Source: Octopus bimaculoides (lineage: Eukaryota). From it: 64,000 nucleotides of DNA. The position numbers and the translations under genes were made by a program. How positions within the stretch are numbered: position 1 is the first letter of the stretch; every line of letters starts with the position of its first letter. Shown here piece by piece: positions 1 to 9,322 of the stretch. The stretch spans positions 8,489,900 to 8,553,899 of the forward strand of contig NC_069009.1 of the NCBI RefSeq assembly GCF_001194135.2. The letters run 5' to 3'. Under the pieces are notes generated by a model. The model saw only the letters and a program-made list of their open reading frames with translations. It searched no databases and was not told the origin of the DNA.

Positions 1-53
1 CACTGAGAGATAAATATATACATATGCATGTATGTATCTATGTATGTCAGTGG

Positions 54-88
<35 letters not shown>

Positions 89-630
89 CACATGCATCCA
101 TGTTTGCACATATGTATGTGTAAGTATACTCAACTCTCTACATTAGCCAATCAGTATCTTTTTATTCTCTTGTTTCAATCATTAGACTGCAGCCATGCTG
201 CGGCCATTAGGCTGGGCCATGCCCTGAAGAGTTTTTTTTTAGTTGACCAAATCAACCCCAGTCCTTATATTTTTTTCTTTAAGCCTTGCACTTTTTCTGT
301 CAGTTTAGTTTACTGAACTGCTAAGTTAGAGGGACATAAGCATACCAACACCAGTTGTCAAGCAGACAAATACAGACACAAACACACATGCACACACATG
401 CAACTATGTGTGTGAATGTGTGTACATATGTGTGTGCATGTAGATATGTGTGTGCATATGCATGCATGTGCACACGCGTGTGTGTACAAAGTGGTGGCAA
501 TTTGCAGTAAATGGAAACATAGTCAGAGATCATTAAGCTACATTTTAAAATTATAGTTGAAAGGAATTAAACATGTTTTAAATTGCTTATCATTATATCT
601 AATACAATGACATATCTTTGTATATACATA

Positions 631-945
631 GGCGTAGGAGTGGCTGTGTGGTAAGTAACTTGCTTACGAACCACATGGTTCCGGGTTCAGTCCCACTGCA
701 TGGCACCTTGGGCAAGTGTCTTCTACTATAGCCTCGGGCTGACCGAAGCCTTTGGGAGAGGATTTGGTAGACGGAAACTGAAAGAAGCCCATCATATATA
801 TGTGCATATACATGTATGTGTGTGTGTGAGTATATGTTTGTGTGTCTGTGTTTGTCCCCCCAACATCTCTTGACAACCGATGCTGGTGTATCTACATCCC
901 CATAACTTAGCGGTTCAGCAAAAGAGACCAATAGAATAAGTAGAA
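631..945 (+). mobile_element. tRNA-derived SINE (family B: GGCGTAGGAGTGGCTGTGTGGTAAG...GGTTCAGTCCCACTG, internal (TG)n/(TA)n)
   Basis: A/B-box head; further copies near 12758-13230, 27305-27790 (-), 29965-30122, 34650-34985 (two), 38605-39022, 39450-39670, 45400-45830, 48640-48800 and 63555-63975 (-). Confidence 0.85.
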
Positions 946-1504
946 TAAGATAGAATAATCTACTCACACGGGTTTGGTTGGCCTGAGGCTATAGTAGAAG
1001 ACACTTGCCCTAGGTGCCATGCAAGCTTCTTACCACAGAGCCATGCTCTGAGGCTATTGGATTTGTTCCAATTTATAAAACTTACTTTACAAATCATTCA
1101 ATTCAAGCTGGTTTGTTCTGCTTCTTTTTGGCATTTGTCTCATAATGCTTAATGAGATAGTTTTCTAAATTATGCAACAGTGTTTCTACTTTGTTGCTAT
1201 AACAGCATCTCCACTTAGCTGCTCTGGTTGTCTTTTATACTTGAAAGTTCATATTGCTTAACTAATCCTATCTTATACCTATAAAGCGCAATGTGTTTCA
1301 CATCAGTCATGCTGGTAGAGGGAAGCTAAAACAACAAACAGCGTAGAAGTGAGTGACAGCCAGGGATTCTCAATGCAGACAAACTGTATTGAGAGGTTTT
1401 ACCCAGGAGTTGGTTTTGGATCCTTTTACTCAGAAGTTGCATATGGATCGTAAGGACCCTTCTAGGTTTAGTCAGTGAATGGGGAATCCTGCGCTTGCAG
1501 CAGG

Positions 1505-1830
1505 TAGTATTTGAAATGGATGCATAGGGTGAAGATTTCTTGGTGAGTATTCAGTAATTTAGGTCAATAACTTTGAGTGTCCTAGCTCGCTCAGCTATAC
1601 AAAGCTTGCAGCATATGCTCATGTTGATATCGGGTCCCAGCCGCTCTAAGATCTTCCACTTGATATCATGGGGTTCCATGTTTGAGGTGCCACACATGGC
1701 TGGCCAGGGATGTAACGAATCGTCATTCTGGGACCCTGAAGGAGGACCTGTTGCTTGAAGGCCATCCTGGCTGACCCAATATATTTTCAGGCTTGGGTGT
1801 TGGTTGTGTTCACATTAGTGGTGCATCTTT
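1505..1830 (-). mobile_element. Penelope-like element, decayed GIY-YIG endonuclease
   Basis: Minus-strand frames give KYIGSARMAFKQ, TSLASHVWHLKH and DIKWKILERLG...CCKLCIAER, the usual YIG / LSxxxWxLK / IKWxIL / CxLC series of PLE endonucleases; frameshifted. Confidence 0.8.
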
Positions 1831-3054
1831 GATTGGCTCCAGGTTTGGGGATGTTGTTGTTGCCACCTCACTAACACCGAACTTTTTATTCTTTGATGAC
1901 CAAATGACCAATGATCAGAACAGATTTCTGCCTCCCAGAAGTGAAGAGTTAAATTTGTCTTTGGACTAGAGTCTGAAGAGTCATCTGTGAGCCTACAGCC
2001 TTCATAGATGTTAAACCATTGGTCACTCTATGACCAGACATTAACTCTATTACTTTGATACTAGCATGGGATTCCCTGTTCGCTGACTAAGCCTGGAAGA
2101 ATCCTTATGATCCAAGAGCAACTCCTGAGTAAAACAATCCAAAAGTGACTTCTGAGTAAAAGGCAGAATAAATTATTATTTNNNNNNNNNNNNNNNNNNN
2201 NNNNNNNNNNNNNNNNNNNNNNNNNNNNNNNNNNNNNNNNNNNNNNNNNNNNNNNNNNNNNNNNNNNNNNNNNNNNNNNNNNNNNNNNNNNNNNNNNNNN
2301 NNNNNNNNNNNNNNNNNNNNNNNNNNNNNNNNNNNNNNNNNNNNNNNNNNNNNNNNNNNNNNNNNNNNNNNNNNNNNNNNNNNNNNNNNNNNNNNNNNNN
2401 NNNNNNNNNNNNNNNNNNNNNNNNNNNNNNNNNNNNNNNNNNNNNNNNNNNNNNNNNNNNNNNNNNNNNNNNNNNNNNNNNNNNNNNNNNNNNNNNNNNN
2501 NNNNNNNNNNNNNNNNNNNNNNNNNNNNNNNNNNNNNNNNNNNNNNNNNNNNNNNNNNNNNNNNNNNNNNNNNNNNNNNNNNNNNNNNNNNNNNNNNNNN
2601 NNNNNNNNNNNNNNNNNNNNNNNNNNNNNNNNNNNNNNNNNNNNNNNNNNNNNNNNNNNNNNNNNNNNNNNNNNNNNNNNNNNNNNNNNNNNNNNNNNNN
2701 NNNNNNNNNNNNNNNNNNNNNNNNNNNNNNNNNNNNNNNNNNNNNNNNNNNNNNNNNNNNNNNNNNNNNNNNNNNNNNNNNNNNNNNNNNNNNNNNNNNN
2801 NNNNNNNNNNNNNNNNNNNNNNNNNNNNNNNNNNNNNNNNNNNNNNNNNNNNNNNNNNNNNNNNNNNNNNNNNNNNNNNNNNNNNNNNNNNNNNNNNNNN
2901 NNNNNNNNNNNNNNNNNNNNNNNNNNNNNNNNNNNNNNNNNNNNNNNNNNNNNNNNNNNNNNNNNNNNNNNNNNNNNNNNNNNNNNNNNNNNNNNNNNNN
3001 NNNNNNNNNNNNNNNNNNNNNNNNNNNNNNNNNNNNNNNNNNNNNNNNNNNNNN

Positions 3055-3257
3055 CATGTGTACGAACAGCCATGCTTCATGGCAGTGAAACATGGGCCAT
3101 GACTACTGAAGACATGTGTAGACTCACAAGGAATGAAGACAGTATGCTCCGATGGATGTGTAATGTCAGTGTGCATACTAGACAGAGTGTAAGTAACTTG
3201 AGAGAAAAGTTGAACCTAAGAAGCATCAGTTGTGGTGTGCAAGAGAGACAACTGCAC
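3055..3257 (+). mobile_element. RTE LINE RT C-terminal fragment between gaps
   Basis: MLHGSETWAMTTEDMCRLTRNEDSMLRWMC. Confidence 0.9.
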
Positions 3258-4048
3258 NNNNNNNNNNNNNNNNNNNNNNNNNNNNNNNNNNNNNNNNNNN
3301 NNNNNNNNNNNNNNNNNNNNNNNNNNNNNNNNNNNNNNNNNNNNNNNNNNNNNNNNNNNNNNNNNNNNNNNNNNNNNNNNNNNNNNNNNNNNNNNNNNNN
3401 NNNNNNNNNNNNNNNNNNNNNNNNNNNNNNNNNNNNNNNNNNNNNNNNNNNNNNNNNNNNNNNNNNNNNNNNNNNNNNNNNNNNNNNNNNNNNNNNNNNN
3501 NNNNNNNNNNNNNNNNNNNNNNNNNNNNNNNNNNNNNNNNNNNNNNNNNNNNNNNNNNNNNNNNNNNNNNNNNNNNNNNNNNNNNNNNNNNNNNNNNNNN
3601 NNNNNNNNNNNNNNNNNNNNNNNNNNNNNNNNNNNNNNNNNNNNNNNNNNNNNNNNNNNNNNNNNNNNNNNNNNNNNNNNNNNNNNNNNNNNNNNNNNNN
3701 NNNNNNNNNNNNNNNNNNNNNNNNNNNNNNNNNNNNNNNNNNNNNNNNNNNNNNNNNNNNNNNNNNNNNNNNNNNNNNNNNNNNNNNNNNNNNNNNNNNN
3801 NNNNNNNNNNNNNNNNNNNNNNNNNNNNNNNNNNNNNNNNNNNNNNNNNNNNNNNNNNNNNNNNNNNNNNNNNNNNNNNNNNNNNNNNNNNNNNNNNNNN
3901 NNNNNNNNNNNNNNNNNNNNNNNNNNNNNNNNNNNNNNNNNNNNNNNNNNNNNNNNNNNNNNNNNNNNNNNNNNNNNNNNNNNNNNNNNNNNNNNNNNNN
4001 NNNNNNNNNNNNNNNNNNNNNNNNNNNNNNNNNNNNNNNNNNNNNNNN

Positions 4049-4375
4049 ATACAAAAACTAACTTCCTAGTTAACCTTCCTTTGATATTGCTGCACCTCTT
4101 ATGTGTCCATAGCTTGCACTGGGTACATCTTATAGAGTTACTACCTACTCCTTTTCTACATAATGAGCAGGGCCATCTACTTGAAGGGGTTTGTGTTTTA
4201 TCTACCTTCCTACTTATTAGGAGTTTTGTTTTAGCTAGGTTGACTCTAAGGCCCTTCGATTCTAGTCCTTGCTTCCACACCTGAAACTTCTCCTCTAGTT
4301 CTGATAGTGACTCCGCAATTAGTACAAGGTCATCGGCATAGAGGAGCTCCGTCCCTAAGTTAATGCAACTGCGTT
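4049..4375 (-). mobile_element. RTE LINE RT fragment
   Basis: WKQGLESKGLRVNLAKTK...WPCSLCRKGVGSNSIRCTQCKLWTHKRC; upstream ELLYADDL (YADD) on minus strand. Confidence 0.9.
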
Positions 4376-4518
4376 ACCATTACACCAGTGGATTAGCCTT
4401 CTTGTTTCTGTTGTAGTTGTTTTGTAAACAAACTTTCTATGTGCTTTTGGTGCAAATGGTTTTGTATACGGCACCGTGTTTTACAATCCTGTAAATAATA
4501 ATAATAATGGTATTTCTA

Positions 4519-4789
4519 TAAGCCTAAAGCTTATTGCAATCACCGTGCAATGAGTAAAGAAAATAGTCTAATAATGGGGCATGCTGGTGTAGTTCTTAAA
4601 TTTGACAGAAACAGGGAGGCAAATTCGCTGGTGTAATGGTAACACACTTAGTTGTATTAGCAATGGTATATAGGTTCAAACCCCATGCAGATAGAAAAAC
4701 CTACTTTTTTCTGTTGAGGGCTTATATGTCCCATTATTAGACTATTTACCTTAGTCATTACACAGTGATCACTATAAGCTTCAGGCTTA
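4519..4789. mobile_element. MITE-like element with about 64-bp terminal inverted repeats enclosing a tRNA-like core
   Basis: 4519-4582 and 4726-4789 are inverted repeats (about 54/64 identical by eye); A box TGGTGTAATGGT at 4629 and B box GGTTCAAACCC at 4673. Confidence 0.7.
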
Positions 4790-4815
4790 CATAAATACAG
4801 GATATATATATATAT

Positions 4816-5265
4816 CATCATCATCATCATCATCATCGTTTAACGTCCGCTTTCCATGCTAGCATGGGTTGGACGATTTGACTGAGGACTGGTGAAACCG
4901 GATGGCAACACCAGGCTCCAGTCTGATTTGGCAGAGTTTCTACAGCTGGATGCCCTTCCTAACGCCAACCACTCAGAGAGTGTAGTGGGTGCTTTTACGT
5001 GTCACCTGCACGAAAACGGCCACGCTCGAAATGGTGTCTTTTATGTGCCACCCGCACAAGCCAGTCCAGGGGCACTGGCAACGATCTCGCTCGAAAATCC
5101 TACAGGAGCCAGTCAGGCGGTACTGGCAACGGCCACGCTCAAAATGGTGCATCTCATGTGCCACCCGCACAAGAACCAGTCCAGGGGCACTGGCAACGAT
5201 CTTACTTGGCTTGCCGGGTCTTCTCACGCACAGCCCATTTCCAAAGGTCTCGGTCCGTAGTCATC
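4816..5265 (-). mobile_element. Young RTE 3' end / RTE-tailed non-autonomous element, (GAT)n tail, inside (TA)n
   Basis: Same sequence as the 3' end of the RTE at 12320-12596; near-identical copies at 25567-25950 (-), 46895-47264 (+); shorter copies at 24557-24702, 29078-29195, 46213-46358, 47846-48042. Confidence 0.85.
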
Positions 5266-5289
5266 ATATATATATATATATATACTCTA

Positions 5290-5935
5290 CATTTGTATTG
5301 TTATTTATTGCCAGGGAGAAGCACCACTGGTGCTATACTTCTGTTAAGACAGCTGCTTGAGAAGTACCTAACCCAAAATAAACACCTGTACTTGACTTTT
5401 GTTGACATGGAGAAAGCTGTCAACAGGGTTCCCCATTCCCTTATTTGGTGGTCAATACAGAAACTAGGGATAGATGAATGGTTGGTGAGAGCTGTACAAG
5501 CGATGTACAGGGATGTTGTCAGTGAGGTGCAGGTTGGCGATGAGTATAGTAATAAATTCAGGGCACAGGTAGGGGTTCATCAAGGATCAGTCCTCAGCTC
5601 CCTCTTGTTCATCATAGTCCTCCAGAGGAATTTAAGACACTCTATGTTGGTGACCTTGTTCTTATAGCTAAATCACTACCAGAACTAGAGAGAAAATTTC
5701 ATGTGTGAAAGCAAGGTTCTAGAATTAAAGGGCCTTAAAGTTAGCTTAGCAAAAACCAAAGTCTTAGTAAGAAGGAAAGTGGACAAATTACAAATGCCCT
5801 CAGGTAGACGGCCCTGCTTGATATGTAGAAAAGGTGTAGAGAGAAACTCCATAAGATGTACCCAGAGTAAGTCATGGATGCATGAGAGGTGCAGAAATAT
5901 CAAAGGAAGGTTAACAGGGAAAATAGTTTTTGTGA
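5290..5935 (+). mobile_element. RTE LINE RT fragment
   Basis: AILLLRQLLEKYL...LYLTFVDMEKAVNRVP...VGVHQGSVLS; zinc-finger-like PCLICRKGV. Confidence 0.9.
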
Positions 5936-7699
5936 AACTAGTCTGCAGATGCCAAACCAGCAGGGGGACACTGCTGACCTCCCCTGTTCGAAGGTTATAA
6001 AGGACACAGGTTTCGTGTGTCACATAGCTAGCTAGAAGCGATGGCTTCTTGGAGCTAATTCACGGCAGCTTTCGTCCTAATTTTGGGACTGCCATGTTGG
6101 CTTGGCGATAACTATTAATTTCCGGTACCACTGCCGTAGTCTCCTTTAGAGAGACTTAGAAATATTNNNNNNNNNNNNNNNNNNNNNNNNNNNNNNNNNN
6201 NNNNNNNNNNNNNNNNNNNNNNNNNNNNNNNNNNNNNNNNNNNNNNNNNNNNNNNNNNNNNNNNNNNNNNNNNNNNNNNNNNNNNNNNNNNNNNNNNNNN
6301 NNNNNNNNNNNNNNNNNNNNNNNNNNNNNNNNNNNNNNNNNNNNNNNNNNNNNNNNNNNNNNNNNNNNNNNNNNNNNNNNNNNNNNNNNNNNNNNNNNNN
6401 NNNNNNNNNNNNNNNNNNNNNNNNNNNNNNNNNNNNNNNNNNNNNNNNNNNNNNNNNNNNNNNNNNNNNNNNNNNNNNNNNNNNNNNNNNNNNNNNNNNN
6501 NNNNNNNNNNNNNNNNNNNNNNNNNNNNNNNNNNNNNNNNNNNNNNNNNNACTCCATTTATTTAAGTAATGCGAGCATTACATTAAATGCAATATGTGGA
6601 GCAATCTTCAGCTGCACAGAAATGTAGAAAATTACAGTAGAATAGACATATTATAATTGTGGCAACATTTAAAATCCAAGTGGGAAGAAGAATATATAAA
6701 AATCAATCTTGACATAGCCAAGGCTAATAGGCTAGTAATCAGTTCTAGGTAGAATTCTAACTGTCTCTGATTTTATTGTCTCTTATCTTGTGGTTATAGT
6801 ATAAGGGGCAATCACTTCTAAGGAAAGGGAAGGTGTAAGCATTATACATGGATATGGTTATAAAGGTTTCTCTGGTCAGAGTGGCAACACTATTTTAGGT
6901 TGGGTTTTTTTTACTGCTATCATGATGTTGGGGAATTAAACCTTAAGCATTTAGGTCAACAGAGCTTTTTCTTTAGTCTGTTTTACATGTACTAAGTATG
7001 GGAAATTTATAGATATCAATATTAGCTTAATTAATATGTTAATAATAATAAGTATGTTAATAATAAAAATGTAATTAGTTTATACTAAAACCCTGAAGTA
7101 GTGCCAATTTTGAATTCAAAAGCTATAGATAAGGTGTAAAGTTTAAGAATAATATATATATTGGATTCAGAAAACTATTTTGAATTATTTTAAAAACTTA
7201 TTTTAAAATTTAAGCTAATATATATAATAATACTATTTGAAAGACACATAAAAGATAAGCTTTATTTTTATAATGTAAAGAATTAGTATAGGATTTATAT
7301 AGTTTATAATAATGGGTTTATTAAGGCTTAAGGGACAAAAAAAAAAAAAGAAAAAAGAAGGAATGGTAGGAATTAACAAGGACATCCAATATAGAAACAT
7401 GACAATTGATTACTAGTTTAATTATACTATCTTATATAGTCATGAACTTGTTTTAAGACTAACATGGGCTAATTACAGAATATTAATGGAATAGGATTAG
7501 ATTTATTTAAGTCAAAACATAGAATAAACACGACACTACCACTAGAAGCCCTGAAATAATGTAATAATAATAAGGGTCCTTTTAGAGTCAAGCATTGAAT
7601 AAAATAAAATAAAATTTTAATTTTTTAAAAAGTAGTTAAAATTATCAAAATATGGTATTTCAACTTCTACCATGTTCATCTTTGGCTACTAATTAGCAC

Positions 7700-8125
7700 A
7701 TATTTAAATTTGAAATTGAACCTTTATTACATATATTTCTGATCTCTCACCTTAACATACAATCTTCTTGTGATAACTAAGATTTCAACTTTATTCCATG
7801 AAAGGTATTTTTTTTCACACTACTTCTGCTACTGCTGTTAGTTCTTAATATGTATCTTATCCCTCTGTAGCTTATTAGAATAGGAAGTTTTATAAATTCG
7901 TAATGTTTTTAATTAGTTCCCAAAATTTGGTTGTCTATTTGGTCCTGTGGCTGTTACCTCTGCCTCATATACTACTGTCTCCATGTTGCAGTGGCCATTC
8001 AATAGACAAATTGTATTATCCCTGCATGAGCATCCTGCCTCTGCCTCAGGGGTAGGCCTACCTACTAAAATCTTTTTAACACTAGGTGCACAGCTAAAGG
8101 ATAGTCTCAGGGTATGTCTATTTTC
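7700..8125 (-). mobile_element. Penelope-like element fragment (RT-endonuclease linker and start of GIY-YIG)
   Basis: NRHTLRLSFSC...KKIL...CSCRDNTICLLNGHCNMETVVYEAEVT matches the PLE pattern NRNTVKLSYSC...KKIL...CNCR...CPL.G.C....VVYKA; decays downstream (KTSYSNK). Confidence 0.75.
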
Positions 8126-9050
8126 ACCAAGGGAGGGGGTCTTGTAAATTTTGTGTGTCTGTTCTTTCTTCTTTTTTTTCCTGTGGGGAGAGGGGTCGGT
8201 GGGTTTGGTGACTCTATGGGGAGGGTGGGTCTGAGTGGTCTTGGGTGGGATGAAGTTAGTCTGGGGTCCTACATCACACTGACTGTTCTTCTTTCTCTTT
8301 TTCCTTTTATTCTCTGTCACTGGCCATTCATCCTCCTTGTTCCTTCCATCTATCTGTACTTCTTCCTTTTTTTCCTCTGTCACCACCACCACTTCTTCTG
8401 TCATTTTCCTCTGCAGATGGCAGTGCGCTCTAATGTGGCCCTTTTGGCCACATTTAAAACATTGTGGGTTTCTGCCCTCCACCCACACTCATAACACAAT
8501 CTCTCCCAACGTCACCATATCCGCCAAACTCTCCAATTGCCTCTCCTCTGACTGTATAATGAGGTCCAGTGTTTTTCTTCTCCATCCTCCGTTTCCGTGG
8601 CTTAGAGGACAGCCACCCCTCCTCACTTCCAGCGAGGACGGCTGCCGCAACCCAAGCCACTTCTATATCGGGTGGAATTCCTTCTACCCTCACCTTAGAA
8701 GTCTTTCTCCTAAAGTACATGGGTAGAAGTACCACTTCCTCCGTTTTTACAGTTGCACTCGCCAGCCTCTTTGCCTCCTCCATTGTCATAAGCTGGACAA
8801 CCACCATCCCATATCTATTTCCTTTCGCTATATATGTCACTTCCTTCGAAAACCCCTTCAAAGCTTTTCCGACTTTTTCCATCTCCATCAGCTCCACCTT
8901 CCTACTCTCCACTGAGTACAAATGTCTTCTTTCCCATATTTTCCATGACCCTTTCGGGGGTAATAACTTTACGTCACCGCCCGCCTTCTGTGTCATCTTA
9001 CTCAGCTCCTTCAGTCCGGCTAGGTCCATATTCCTTTTCTTCAACTCTGC
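8126..9050 (-). pseudogene. Gag-like/ORF1 of a non-LTR retrotransposon (CCHC zinc knuckle), disrupted
   Basis: VEGRNPQCFKCGQKGHIRAHC (CX2CX4HX4C) preceded by an RRM-like ORF1 region KTSKVRVEGIPP; frameshift and stop between the two ORF-track pieces; no ORF2 follows. Confidence 0.75.
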
Positions 9051-9322
9051 GTCTCAGCAAAATTCTTTACTCTTTCCATTCGTCCATTCTATTTACCGCC
9101 TTAACGAGCTCTTCCTCTGCTGAGAACAGCTCATAGTCGCTAAGGTCCGAATACATTCCTTTCCACCGGTACAACACTCACCGACAAACTGCTGCCAAAG
9201 CAGCACAAAAAAATTTTGTCTGACTCGTCAAAAATCAACACCACAAATAGACCGACGCATGCGCGGGAAGCAAACTTCTCACCACACAGCTACGCCTACA
9301 CCTCAACAGGAGGTTTCTTATA

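Noticed and set aside
2061-4284. Long ORFs in the track (300+ aa), also at 11229-12451, 30123-31216, 51697-53811 and 56312-56847
   Set aside because: They are open only because they run through N gaps; the real parts are RTE/mariner fragments or microsatellite
4892-5260. 122-aa ORF MKPDGNTRLQSD..., repeated at 25641 and 46775
   Set aside because: It is the antisense reading of the RTE 3' tail; it recurs because the repeat is young, not because a protein is conserved
6551-7700. Very AT-rich tract, considered as a mitochondrial insertion (NUMT)
   Set aside because: No recognisable 12S/16S, tRNA or OXPHOS motif on either strand; BLASTN against a cephalopod mitogenome would settle it
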